Shown here: in pieces, positions 1 through 8,956 of the stretch
Numbering within the stretch: the stretch's first letter is position 1
Layout of the letters: each line of letters begins with the position of its first letter
Assembly (NCBI GenBank): GCA_050247135.1
Contig: JBFWUT010000002.1
Location: forward strand, 61,850 to 125,849
From: Candidatus Berkiella sp.
GTDB taxonomy: Bacteria > Pseudomonadota > Gammaproteobacteria > Berkiellales > Berkiellaceae
Reading direction: 5' to 3'
Length of the DNA: 64,000 nucleotides
Position numbers and translations under genes: made by a program
Notes under the pieces: generated by a model
Seen by the model: the letters and a program-made list of their open reading frames with translations, nothing else
Told to the model about the DNA's origin: nothing
The model's database searches: none

Positions 1-18
1 AAACATAACGGCAGAAAT

Positions 19-1143
19 TTGCCTATTCATTTTGACCGCTCATTGTCTAATAGTGTACAAGCCTTATACTATCAACATAAAATTCACACAGCTTATCGCT
101 ATTTATTCTTGCATCCTAACCCTTGGATTTCTCCACGCCCCTCACATGCTTCGAATCATCCCAACGGCGGACATTCCGCAACCATCACCCATGAGCATAA
201 AACCAAAATCGCCTTTTTATGGCTGGCGGCATCGGACACAAATAGGCCCGTACCAGAAGGCTATACTCGGGCACAATTAAAACAGGTATTTGCTGAACTG
301 ATTTTAGCTGGCGCAGGGCGCGGTCATAACTGGGATCAAACCCGCGTTAAAACCAAGCAAGTTAAAAATAAAACCACCCAAGCCATAGAAACGGTTACTG
401 TCACTCGTAAACAGAAAAACGAAATAACCGGCCATGATCAAGAAGTGCCCGTGATGGAAGAGTATGATGATGGTTTACCAGATAACCCAACCTGTGGCTG
501 GGGCGTTTCACAATGGGTAACGCAATTCTTAACCATTATTGCCAATGACAGCCCAGAGTCGCGTCCATTGTCGGTTCAGATTATCCGCAATAAATTCCAA
601 TCAGCCCTGATTGCTGAGGGTGGTCATAAAGAAGCCATCTTTAATAAGCTTAATAGGATGAAGAAAGAAACGCTATTAGCAACCCACGAAGCGATAAGAA
701 ATTTAGTCGCTAATGGCGAAGAAGAGCTCGATGCGGCAGAAAAGACATTACTGGCCCCTCTTGCGTTCTCTAAAGTAACCATTAATGAGATAGTCAATCA
801 ATGCAAGACTTTCTTTGGTAGCGCCAGGATCACTGCCAAACAGAACCCGTTACTTGATTTTCAAGCAACGAAGTTCAACACCTATGAAGAAGTGCTTCGT
901 GAAATGGCAAAAAATCCCTTAGGTTTATTTTATAATGAAATTGACGAAAAAATAGAAAAACTTAAAAAAGGTCCAGAAGCTAAAAAAGCCAAAACCCCCA
1001 GCGCAAACAAGGAAGATACCTTAGGCAAAGTTGTTGTTTTTTCTGAGAAAGCTTTAGGCAAAACAGCCCCTAAAAAGAAGGCTGAAGAAAAGGAAAATAA
1101 TGACGACAAAAAAGAAAAGAAAGGCTCAGCTAAAAAGCGCTAA
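19..1143 (+). CDS. hypothetical protein with a lysine-rich, histone-H1-like C-terminal tail; may be 5'-truncated by the window edge
   Basis: 374 aa ORF. The frame stays open back to nt 1. The C-terminus is K/A/E-rich low complexity (KKAKTPSANKED...KKKAEEKENNDDKKEKKGSAKKR). A strong terminator follows. Confidence 0.45.
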   Translation: MPIHFDRSLSNSVQALYYQHKIHTAYRYLFLHPNPWISPRPSHASNHPNGGHSATITHEHKTKIAFLWLAASDTNRPVPEGYTRAQLKQVFAELILAGAGRGHNWDQTRVKTKQVKNKTTQAIETVTVTRKQKNEITGHDQEVPVMEEYDDGLPDNPTCGWGVSQWVTQFLTIIANDSPESRPLSVQIIRNKFQSALIAEGGHKEAIFNKLNRMKKETLLATHEAIRNLVANGEEELDAAEKTLLAPLAFSKVTINEIVNQCKTFFGSARITAKQNPLLDFQATKFNTYEEVLREMAKNPLGLFYNEIDEKIEKLKKGPEAKKAKTPSANKEDTLGKVVVFSEKALGKTAPKKKAEEKENNDDKKEKKGSAKKR

Positions 1144-1178
1144 GCAAAAAAGCCCCACTTAAGTGGGGCTTTTTTTTA
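1144..1178. terminator. bidirectional rho-independent terminator shared by the convergent genes
   Basis: 9 bp perfect stem AAGCCCCAC/GTGGGGCTT (1150-1158 and 1163-1171) with loop TTAA. An A-tract lies upstream and a T-tract downstream, so it can terminate both the plus-strand ORF and cydB on the minus strand. Confidence 0.8.
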
Positions 1179-2192
1179 ATGATACCCTTCTCCAGCTCGG
1201 ACCTTGCCACGAAACGTCCAGTAAACGAAAACGGTATAGCCCAAAATCATCGGTAGCAATATTAAGGTTCCTAGCAGTAAAAAGAGTTGCGACTCCGGCA
1301 CCGCTGCGGCTTGCCATACCGTTAAGGTCGGTGGCACCAAGTAGGGCACATTGGAAATCACTAATCCAATATAAGCCAGTAAGAATAACGCGACCGAGCT
1401 ATAAAAAGCTTGTGAGACATGTCGCTCGTCTTTGATCCCGAGCCAACAAAGGATAACTAACAGTCCCGTGAGGACTGGCACCGGAAATAAGTAAAAGAAA
1501 TTGGGCAAGGTAAACCACAATTCTTTAATTCTGGGAATAATCAGCGGCGTCCAGATACTGACAATCACGATAATACTAAACAAAGCCACTAAAAAAGGTT
1601 TTGCTAACTGTCGCGCGCGCTGTTCAACTTCGCCTTCGGTTTTCATAATCAGCCACGTTGCCCCAAGTAAGGCATAGCCACAACATAAGCCTAGCCCGCA
1701 AGTGATACTAAAGGGAGTAAGCCAATCTAAAGGTCCACCGGCAAATTGGTTGTTGACCACTTTAATCCCTTGCAATAACCCACCTAACGCCAAGCCTTGA
1801 GAAAAGGCGGCGACTAACGAGCCTAAAGTAAAGGCGACGTTCCATTTAAAATGGTGAGGTTTGGCTACCCAACGAAATTCAAAGGCGACACCGCGAAACA
1901 CTAAGGCCAGTAGCATGATGGTGATTGGCAAATACAGCGCCGGCATAATGATCGCGAACGCTTTAGGAAAAGCCACCCATAAGCCACCACCGCCCAATAT
2001 TAACCAGGTTTCATTGCCATCCCAAAAAGGAGCGACTGAGTTCATCATTTGATCATGCGCACTTTCCGTTTTGAAAAAGGGATATAAAATGGCCACCCCC
2101 AAATCAAAGCCATCCAAAATCACATAGAATGCTACCGCCGTGCCGATCAAGATTGCCCAAATTAACGGTAAACCAAATTCAATTAAGTTCAT
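1176..2192 (-). CDS. cydB: cytochrome bd ubiquinol oxidase subunit II
   Basis: 338 aa polytopic membrane protein with a CydB-like N-terminus (MNLIEFGLPLIWAILIG...VILDGFDLGVAIL). Its stop overlaps the cydA start by 4 nt. Confidence 0.85.
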   Translation of the reverse strand: MNLIEFGLPLIWAILIGTAVAFYVILDGFDLGVAILYPFFKTESAHDQMMNSVAPFWDGNETWLILGGGGLWVAFPKAFAIIMPALYLPITIMLLALVFRGVAFEFRWVAKPHHFKWNVAFTLGSLVAAFSQGLALGGLLQGIKVVNNQFAGGPLDWLTPFSITCGLGLCCGYALLGATWLIMKTEGEVEQRARQLAKPFLVALFSIIVIVSIWTPLIIPRIKELWFTLPNFFYLFPVPVLTGLLVILCWLGIKDERHVSQAFYSSVALFLLAYIGLVISNVPYLVPPTLTVWQAAAVPESQLFLLLGTLILLPMILGYTVFVYWTFRGKVRAGEGYH

Positions 2193-3607
2193 ATCACAGC
2201 ACCCCCCTCAAAGGACTCACGTGCAGAATCTTGTGCAGCCGATAAAGGACGGTTTGGCAGCGCCGCCGCCCCATCATCCGGTTTAGGTGCAATAGCAGCG
2301 CCAGTTGGACCCTTTTTAATCATTTTACGGATGTAAAGTATCCCAGTGGAAAAGACCACCGAATAAACAAAGACAAACAAGGCAAGGGATATCGCTACAC
2401 TCAAACCATCGACTGGAGAAACCGCGTCCGCTGTTCGTAATATGCCATGAGCTATCCACGGTTGTCGGCCACTTTCTGTCACCATCCAACCGGCCAAAAT
2501 CGCGACAAAACCTAGCGGCCAACTGTGCCCTGCCGTCCATAAAAAGAAACGGTTAGTAAATAAATGCTTCGTTAGCCATAACAAACCGCCTAATAGGCCT
2601 AGCGCAATCAAAAATAAACCAATGCCGACCATGATACGAAAAGAGAAAAAGACGGATAATAGTGGAGGTCTATCTTCTTTGGGCACATCTAACAAACCAG
2701 GAAATAATCCATCCCATTGATGGGTAACGATAAGGCTGCCTAATTTAGGAATAGCTATTTCATACAGATTTTTTTCCAACTTGGCATCAGGAATAGCGAA
2801 TAACACTAAATCTGCTGGAGTACTGCCATCCCAATGCGCTTCAATCGCCGCCAGTTTTGTAGGCTGATATTTTGCTGTGTTTAATCCATGCAGATCACCA
2901 ATATAGGCTTGTAAAGGCGCTAATAAAATCACCATGCCTAACCCCATGCGTACCATGGTTTTGGCTTCCTCAACAAAACGCTGCACCAGTAGATAGCGTG
3001 CACCCACCGCAAGCACCACCACCGAGGTGGTCAAGTAAGCGCCTGTCATCATATGCATAAAGCGATAAGGAAAACTGGGGTTAAAAACAATCGCAAACCA
3101 ATCTTTGGGATACGCAATACCATCAATGACTTCATGCCCTGCCGGGGTTTGCATCCAACTGTTTGCCGATAAAATCCAAAATCCCGACATACAGGTACCC
3201 ACAGCCACTAAAATGGCTGATAAGGTGTGAAGCCAAGGTGGAACGCGCTTCCAACCAAAGAGCATCACCCCTAAAAAGGTGGCTTCTAAAAAGAAAGCCG
3301 TCAGTACTTCATAACCGATCACAGGCCCGACCACATTACCGACCACTTCAGAAAAGTGGCTCCAGTTCGTCCCGAACTGATAAGACAGCACAATGCCTGA
3401 CACCACCCCCATTGCGAAAGAGACGGCAAAGATCTTGGTCCAAAAGCGGGCTAAGGTCTGAAAGTGCTCTTTTTTGGTCCATTGCCACATGACTAATAAA
3501 GTGGCAATAAAGCCTGAGAGTCCAATAGTAAACACGGGGAAAATAATATGAAAACTCACCGTAAACCCAAACTGGATACGGCTAAGAAGAAGAGGATCAA
3601 ATGTCAT
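2189..3607 (-). CDS. cydA: cytochrome bd ubiquinol oxidase subunit I (short Q-loop type)
   Basis: 472 aa with a CydA-like N-terminus (MTFDPLLLSRIQFGFTVSFHIIFPVFTIGL). It sits upstream of and overlaps cydB. Confidence 0.85.
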   Translation of the reverse strand: MTFDPLLLSRIQFGFTVSFHIIFPVFTIGLSGFIATLLVMWQWTKKEHFQTLARFWTKIFAVSFAMGVVSGIVLSYQFGTNWSHFSEVVGNVVGPVIGYEVLTAFFLEATFLGVMLFGWKRVPPWLHTLSAILVAVGTCMSGFWILSANSWMQTPAGHEVIDGIAYPKDWFAIVFNPSFPYRFMHMMTGAYLTTSVVVLAVGARYLLVQRFVEEAKTMVRMGLGMVILLAPLQAYIGDLHGLNTAKYQPTKLAAIEAHWDGSTPADLVLFAIPDAKLEKNLYEIAIPKLGSLIVTHQWDGLFPGLLDVPKEDRPPLLSVFFSFRIMVGIGLFLIALGLLGGLLWLTKHLFTNRFFLWTAGHSWPLGFVAILAGWMVTESGRQPWIAHGILRTADAVSPVDGLSVAISLALFVFVYSVVFSTGILYIRKMIKKGPTGAAIAPKPDDGAAALPNRPLSAAQDSARESFEGGAVI

Positions 3608-3710
3608 GCTTTTTTCTCGATGTAGCTGTGAGTTAAGACCATGAACTGAAAAAACATTGCTTTTTTGCCCTTAAAAAATACGCCTTTTAAAGCAAATCGG
3701 CAAGCTTAAT

Positions 3711-4766
3711 ATGATACCCGATTTGATCCTCGGTGAATGGCGCCTGGTCATGGTGCCACCCGTATGCTCTATACTTAATCTCATCATCTTGCTTGCTTAT
3801 GGAGCACACATGATTTCAATAGGCCAATGGTGGATGTGGCTTATTTTTTTCGGCATCATCAGCTTAATGATTCTGGCCGACATTTTTTTACTGGGTGGCG
3901 GTAAATCCCACCGTGTCTCCACTAAAGAAGCCGCTATTTGGATCAGTGTCTGGGTCAGTGTCGCCCTCGGCTTTAACCTTGGCTTGTGGATATATTTAAA
4001 AGATACCATGGGCCTGCAAGAGGCCAACCTTAAAGCCACTGAGTTCTTAACCGGCTATCTGATTGAGCTCTCGCTCTCTGTGGATAATTTGTTCGTTTTT
4101 ATTTTAATATTTAATTATTTTAAAGTACCGCCTGAATATCAACGCCGCACCTTGCTGTTTGGGGTACTCGGCGCAATCATAATGCGACTCATTTTCATTA
4201 CGCTCGGCGTTTATCTTGTTTCCAAGTTTCATTGGATATTATATCTGTTTGGCGTGTTTCTGGTTTACACCGGATTAAAAATCCTTTTGACGCCTGAAGA
4301 ACCACCTCATCTTGATAAAAATCCCTTAATTATTTGGGCAAGTAAACATTTAAGGATCACCAAAGAGTTGGTTAAAGAGCGCTTCTTTGTTAAGCAGAAT
4401 GGATTACTTTACGTCACTCCCCTTTTTATTATCTTGATGCTCATTGAATTTAGCGATGTGATCTTTGCCATTGATAGCATTCCGGCGATTTTTGCTATCA
4501 CCAACGATCCTTTCATTATTTATACATCAAATATCTTTGCTGTCATGGGTTTGCGCTCCATGTATTTCCTCTTAGCCAGGATGGCTGAGCTATTTCATTA
4601 TTTAAAATATGGTGTTGCCCTTATTCTGGTCTTTATTGGCTGTAAAATGCTGGCAGGTTATTGGTTTAAGGTACCCGTCATTATTACGCTGGGCGTGATA
4701 GTGCTCACCTTGGGAACCTGCGTTGTAATTAGTCTCTTACACAAGAAAAAACCCGCCCCCAATTAA
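3711..4766 (+). CDS. TerC/Alx-family integral membrane protein
   Basis: Carries the TerC family signature ...SLSVDNLFVFILIFNYFKVPPEYQRRTLLFGVLGAI... The start could instead be the ATG at 3813 (MISIGQWW), which would leave a ~200 nt leader. Confidence 0.8.
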   Translation: MIPDLILGEWRLVMVPPVCSILNLIILLAYGAHMISIGQWWMWLIFFGIISLMILADIFLLGGGKSHRVSTKEAAIWISVWVSVALGFNLGLWIYLKDTMGLQEANLKATEFLTGYLIELSLSVDNLFVFILIFNYFKVPPEYQRRTLLFGVLGAIIMRLIFITLGVYLVSKFHWILYLFGVFLVYTGLKILLTPEEPPHLDKNPLIIWASKHLRITKELVKERFFVKQNGLLYVTPLFIILMLIEFSDVIFAIDSIPAIFAITNDPFIIYTSNIFAVMGLRSMYFLLARMAELFHYLKYGVALILVFIGCKMLAGYWFKVPVIITLGVIVLTLGTCVVISLLHKKKPAPN

Positions 4767-4810
4767 ATGGAAGCTGAGTAACTTATATTTAATTCTGGCC
4801 CAATATTCCG

Positions 4811-4816
4811 TATAAT
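4811..4816 (+). promoter_or_regulatory. candidate -10 box (TATAAT) for def
   Basis: Perfect TATAAT hexamer 33 nt upstream of the def ATG. The -35 (TTTAAT at 4788-4793, 17 bp spacer) is weak. Confidence 0.3.
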
Positions 4817-4848
4817 TGCCCGATTTCATCACCTCGGAAACAACTCCC

Positions 4849-5490
4849 ATGGCCATATTGACTGTCAAGCGCTACCCACACCCTGCTTTGCGCAAAATAG
4901 CTGCCCCTACTACCGATTTTGGACCTGCCCTAAAAGAAGCGGCGGCTTCCATGCTGGAAACCCTTTACAAAGTACAGGGCTGGGGATTAAGTGCTAATCA
5001 AGTGGGTCTTGATGAGCGATTATTTGTACTAGACATGGCGCTTGAAAATGTTGAACCACTTTGCATGGTCAACCCGGTCATCATTGAAAAAGCCAACCCA
5101 GTGCTTTCTGATGAAGATTGTTTATCTTTTCCTGGCGTGCATGTGACACAGGAGCGCGCACGCGATATCACCGTGCAATATCAAGATCTGGATGGCAATC
5201 AACAAACTTCGAAGTTCGAGGGGTTACTGGCTTGCGGTATTCAACATGAAATTGATTTACTCAATGGGGTTTTAATTATTGATTCATTATCAAAATTAAA
5301 ACGTGATCGCTTACTCAAACAATACAAAAAAGTACTCACCAGTGGGCACGTTCATGGGCCACAATGTAACCATGGCCACCACCACGATCATACCCATGAG
5401 CATGTTCATGGCCCAGACTGTGATCATGAACACCACGAACATGTTCATGGCGAACATTGTCAGCACGAACATGAACACGAGCATTCTTAG
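4849..5490 (+). CDS. def: peptide deformylase with a ~47 aa His/Cys-rich C-terminal extension
   Basis: PDF motifs are present: G-WGLSANQVG (motif 1), EDCLSFPG (EGCLS-like motif 2) and QHEIDLLNG (HExxH motif 3). The tail is HVHGPQCNHGHHHDHTHEHVHGPDCDHEHHEHVHGEHCQHEHEHEHS. I placed the start at the ATG at 4849 (MAILTVKRY); the ORF-track start at 4816 is a TTG. Confidence 0.85.
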   Translation: MAILTVKRYPHPALRKIAAPTTDFGPALKEAAASMLETLYKVQGWGLSANQVGLDERLFVLDMALENVEPLCMVNPVIIEKANPVLSDEDCLSFPGVHVTQERARDITVQYQDLDGNQQTSKFEGLLACGIQHEIDLLNGVLIIDSLSKLKRDRLLKQYKKVLTSGHVHGPQCNHGHHHDHTHEHVHGPDCDHEHHEHVHGEHCQHEHEHEHS

Positions 5491-5492
5491 TT

Positions 5493-6206
5493 TTAGTTAA
5501 GGAATGACTCCAATATAGGAGGTAATTCGCGCCAGTCCGCAAAAGCCTCCTGACAACCTATTTCCTTTAATTTTTGAGCTGCTTCAATTTTGTTGTCAGC
5601 AAAACCGGTGAAAGCAAAAGTCACTAATCCCGCTGCAAGAGCCGCCTTGGCACCCGTCACACTATCTTCTACTGCAAAGCTTTTTTCAGGACTGGCAACC
5701 ACTTGCTCCATGGCTCGCAAATACACATCGGGCAAGGGCTTTTGCAGTTCGCCTGCTTCAAAATAACGCGTACCAAATAACGAGGCGAGATCATCACCTT
5801 GCTGATTGCTGGCATAACGCATGGCACACAAGGCACGTTGAATAGGATTGTTTGACACTAACGATAATAACGCTCCTCTTTTTCTTAAGAGGGTCAACGT
5901 TTCAATTAGATGAGGCGCCATCGCTATGCCCTCGGGGATGGACTTTAAATGCTGCATAATACGAGGCTCGCGTGAATCATACAGTGCCGTATAATCCACC
6001 TCAATAGCAAAATGTTGGCTCAAATTTTTACACAGCACTTCCCTAGCCTGACCATGAAAATAGTGCTTAAACTCTGATAAGGTTAATTCTTTTCCAATCT
6101 TTTTAGCGTATAGCGCATTAAAGCGGTCAATTAGCGAGGGAACGGCGTATTGCTCGGTTGCCATTAATGTATTATCAAAGTCTATAAATAGCCAACAGGT
6201 TTGCAT
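5493..6206 (-). CDS. HAD-superfamily hydrolase (subfamily IA-like phosphatase)
   Basis: N-terminal DxDxT motif (FIDFDNTL). 237 aa. Last gene of the minus-strand operon with kdsB. Confidence 0.75.
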   Translation of the reverse strand: MQTCWLFIDFDNTLMATEQYAVPSLIDRFNALYAKKIGKELTLSEFKHYFHGQAREVLCKNLSQHFAIEVDYTALYDSREPRIMQHLKSIPEGIAMAPHLIETLTLLRKRGALLSLVSNNPIQRALCAMRYASNQQGDDLASLFGTRYFEAGELQKPLPDVYLRAMEQVVASPEKSFAVEDSVTGAKAALAAGLVTFAFTGFADNKIEAAQKLKEIGCQEAFADWRELPPILESFLN

Positions 6207-6209
6207 TCG

Positions 6210-6617
6210 TTATCCTTGAAATGCGATTCTTAATTGCGTGATAAGGTTTTGTTTGTCTTGGGACAAATAATTCGCTTGTATATGACTATTCCACACTGGG
6301 TTTGGCCACGCTTTATCACTTGCAAAACGCGCGATCACATGAATGTGCAGCTGTGCAACAACATTGCCTAGATTGGCTACATTTAACTTCGTCGGCGAAA
6401 AGATAGCGCGCATGATATGAGAAGCACGAGTGATTTCTTGCCATAATTGCCCCTGGTCAGATAGAGATAAATCAATCAATTCAATCAATTGTGGCTGTCT
6501 TGGGATCAATACAATCCAAGGAAAAGCCGCATTGTGGCTAAGACGCACTTGGCTTAATGGCAAATCACAAATAAAGCTGGAGTCCTGTGCTAATTTAGGG
6601 TCTAGTTCAAAATTCAT
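6210..6617 (-). CDS. HIT (histidine triad) family nucleotide hydrolase
   Basis: Histidine-triad motif HIHVIARF (HxHxHxx). The start was taken at the internal ATG at 6617 (MNFELDPK), which overlaps the kdsB stop by 11 nt. The ORF-track start at 6668 would overlap kdsB by 62 nt. Confidence 0.75.
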   Translation of the reverse strand: MNFELDPKLAQDSSFICDLPLSQVRLSHNAAFPWIVLIPRQPQLIELIDLSLSDQGQLWQEITRASHIMRAIFSPTKLNVANLGNVVAQLHIHVIARFASDKAWPNPVWNSHIQANYLSQDKQNLITQLRIAFQG

Positions 6618-7404
6618 TTTCAGTGATCCCCTGCTGATATCGCGCAACAAACGCATCATAATCTGCACGGGTATCTACCCCTGGCACCGCTTTAGCGACT
6701 ACTCCAGCCACAATATCATAGCCGTGCTCTAAGATGCGCAATTGTTCTAATTTCTCAGTTAACTCTAACGGCGTCTGCGCTAAAGTCACATAGTGTTGCA
6801 AAAATGCTGGAGTATAAGCGTAAATGCCCAAGTGGAGAAAATAGTGTTGCGGTGAAATCACTTGGCCTTGATGATCTCGGGGATAAGGCACAAGGCTTCG
6901 GGAAAAATAAAGTGCTTGATAGCCATTTTCTTTTGCAGCACCGAGCACCGCTTTGACACAATTGGGATCAACCGGTGAACCCGGACCTACTTTTCGTTCT
7001 GGATCAAAACGCGCAACCAGCGTACCCATAGCAGGTTTGGTTTTAAGAGAAAGCTCGATGAGTAAATCGATATTGCCTGGCTCAAGTTCTGGCTCATCAC
7101 CTTGCACATTAACGATTAAGTCTACATCTGATAAATGCTTAGCCGCCACTTCCGCTAGTCTATCCGTGCCGGTGGGATGCCTGGGATCGGTCATAACCAC
7201 CTCAGCACCAAACTGTTTCACCGCGGTAAAAATACGCTGATCATCCGTTGCAATCACGACTCTTTGTGCTAGACGCGCTTTTTTAGCTTGCTCGTAAGTA
7301 TGACGAATAAGAGGCCAACCGGTTTCACTTAAGAGCATTTTTTCCGGCAATCGTGTAGATGCCCATCTAGCAGGGATTACTATGGCAACACTCATTACTG
7401 ACAC
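6607..7404 (-). CDS. kdsB: 3-deoxy-manno-octulosonate cytidylyltransferase (CMP-KDO synthetase)
   Basis: The N-terminus MSV(M)SVAIVIPARWASTRLPEKML matches the KdsB P-loop-like motif. 265 aa. The start could be the second Met, at 7395. Confidence 0.85.
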   Translation of the reverse strand: MSVMSVAIVIPARWASTRLPEKMLLSETGWPLIRHTYEQAKKARLAQRVVIATDDQRIFTAVKQFGAEVVMTDPRHPTGTDRLAEVAAKHLSDVDLIVNVQGDEPELEPGNIDLLIELSLKTKPAMGTLVARFDPERKVGPGSPVDPNCVKAVLGAAKENGYQALYFSRSLVPYPRDHQGQVISPQHYFLHLGIYAYTPAFLQHYVTLAQTPLELTEKLEQLRILEHGYDIVAGVVAKAVPGVDTRADYDAFVARYQQGITENEF

Positions 7405-7440
7405 CTTTTAGGATTAATTGAAGCCGATTATAGCGATTTT

Positions 7441-7812
7441 CTAAAGCATTGGGAACCGAATAGGCTTGCCTTCATTGTTCACTGAAGCTACTGTCGTCTT
7501 ACCACTTGCCATTAAGGTTTCACCTATAAAAATATCTTGTTCGAATAGGTAACGGACTGGGCTTTGTTTGTGTAGATTAACCGTGACCACGAATGCATCT
7601 CCGCTTTTTAGCGATCGTTTATAGTCAATCTCAATACGCGTGGCCACTAAGACAACATTTTGCGATAACAGCGCTTTAAAATCCGAACCGATATGCTTTA
7701 GGTATTCATGCCTGGCATGTTCAAAATAATTGAGATACACCGCATTATTGACAATGCCTTGCATGTCACATTCATAATCGCGTACGGTTAACGCCAATTG
7801 AAACATTGCCAT
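7441..7812 (-). CDS. acyl-CoA thioesterase, 4HBT/YbgC-like hotdog fold
   Basis: 123 aa. LALTVRDYECDMQGIVNNAVYLNYFEHARHEYL is typical of the YbgC/4-hydroxybenzoyl-CoA thioesterase family. Confidence 0.75.
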   Translation of the reverse strand: MAMFQLALTVRDYECDMQGIVNNAVYLNYFEHARHEYLKHIGSDFKALLSQNVVLVATRIEIDYKRSLKSGDAFVVTVNLHKQSPVRYLFEQDIFIGETLMASGKTTVASVNNEGKPIRFPML

Positions 7813-7981
7813 ACCCTACTCTTCCCAGTTAAATTTATTCATTGTTACCTGTGCTCACTCACCCCAGTCATGCACCCAAGCGTGCACGACTTGGGATCCG
7901 CTCGCTTGGTGCCTTGCCTAAATTCAAACTGGTTCGAGTATCTAGTTTGTTCCTTAGCTGTGCCAAAAAACACTTTGTTCA

Positions 7982-8956
7982 TTATATCCTCATCCGAGCC
8001 CTTTCTGCTATTGTCTGATCCGCATGCTGCTTTAGGCGAGTAAAAGCATAGTATAAGAAAGAAACGGGCGCCGGTAATATCCAGACGACAGCAGAATTTG
8101 TAAGTGCTTCACGCATAGTTTGCGGCACTGCCGGCGGAGCACTTTGATAATGACGGGTAATGCGATTATTGAAACTCACTTTGCGAAATTCAGGGTGACG
8201 CTTTTGTAATAAAGGTAGTTCCTTGCGCAAAAAGGCTTCATCATGCGTATTTAATGGATAGGTCTCAAGATGCTGCTGCCAAGTCAACGCAATTTTGTCA
8301 CGCAAAGAATCATGTAGCCTGGCAAAGAGAGCACCTACTTGAAAAAATCCTCGACTGTTGGTTAAATCTTTTAAAATAAGCTCTGCCACTTGACTATGGC
8401 GGCTTCCCAATTGAGTAATAGCGACTATCGGTAATTCACCGCATTGGGCAATATAACGAGACAGATATAGAAAATTCTGCTCAGCCCCTCCTTGCCTTAC
8501 CATGCGATAGCTAAAATCTAAGCACAAGAAGGGATCGCCTTTGTTATTTATTAAAAGATGTTTGCGGATTAAGGCGATTAATACTTCACGATACTCACTC
8601 AGAGAATTGCCAGCTTTTAATAATGCGGCCATATCCAGAGCTTGTAGATAAAATTCATTGGTGAGCATCGCTCTTTTCAACATTTTGAGTGATTGCTGCA
8701 TATCTTTACTCAATAATACTGATTGCGCCGCTGTCAGTGAATTGATACTTTGCCAAAGCGCCATAATTTGTGATTTTGATAAATGAAGCTTGAGCTTGTG
8801 TAACGTTCTGGTAATACGCAATTTATCATTATTTTTTGCCTTTGCTCGGTATCGATAAAGATCAGCAAGTAGATAACTTGCGGCCTGTACTGATTTTTGA
8901 ATTACCTCAAAGAAAGTTTTATCAATTTTATCACATAAGGTTTTTACGGCTGACAT
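7982..8956 (-). CDS. hypothetical protein (324 aa); its start overlaps the stop of the upstream 769 aa ORF by 26 nt
   Basis: Long ORF with no recognisable motif. Same strand as the 769 aa ORF and immediately after it. It may be a separate gene or the frameshifted continuation of that ORF. Confidence 0.45.
   Translation of the reverse strand: MSAVKTLCDKIDKTFFEVIQKSVQAASYLLADLYRYRAKAKNNDKLRITRTLHKLKLHLSKSQIMALWQSINSLTAAQSVLLSKDMQQSLKMLKRAMLTNEFYLQALDMAALLKAGNSLSEYREVLIALIRKHLLINNKGDPFLCLDFSYRMVRQGGAEQNFLYLSRYIAQCGELPIVAITQLGSRHSQVAELILKDLTNSRGFFQVGALFARLHDSLRDKIALTWQQHLETYPLNTHDEAFLRKELPLLQKRHPEFRKVSFNNRITRHYQSAPPAVPQTMREALTNSAVVWILPAPVSFLYYAFTRLKQHADQTIAERARMRI

Noticed and set aside
32-280. 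82 aa ORF overlapping the first CDS in another frame
   Set aside because: It is fully nested in the longer 374 aa ORF, has no RBS, and has biased composition. Probably spurious.
1163-1435. 90 aa plus-strand ORF antisense to cydB
   Set aside because: It lies entirely within the well-supported cydB gene on the opposite strand. Antisense ORFs like this are common artefacts.
5303-5542. Two short ORFs (65 and 68 aa) across the His-rich tail of def
   Set aside because: They are artefacts of the repetitive CAT/CAC/GAA codon run read in other frames or strands.
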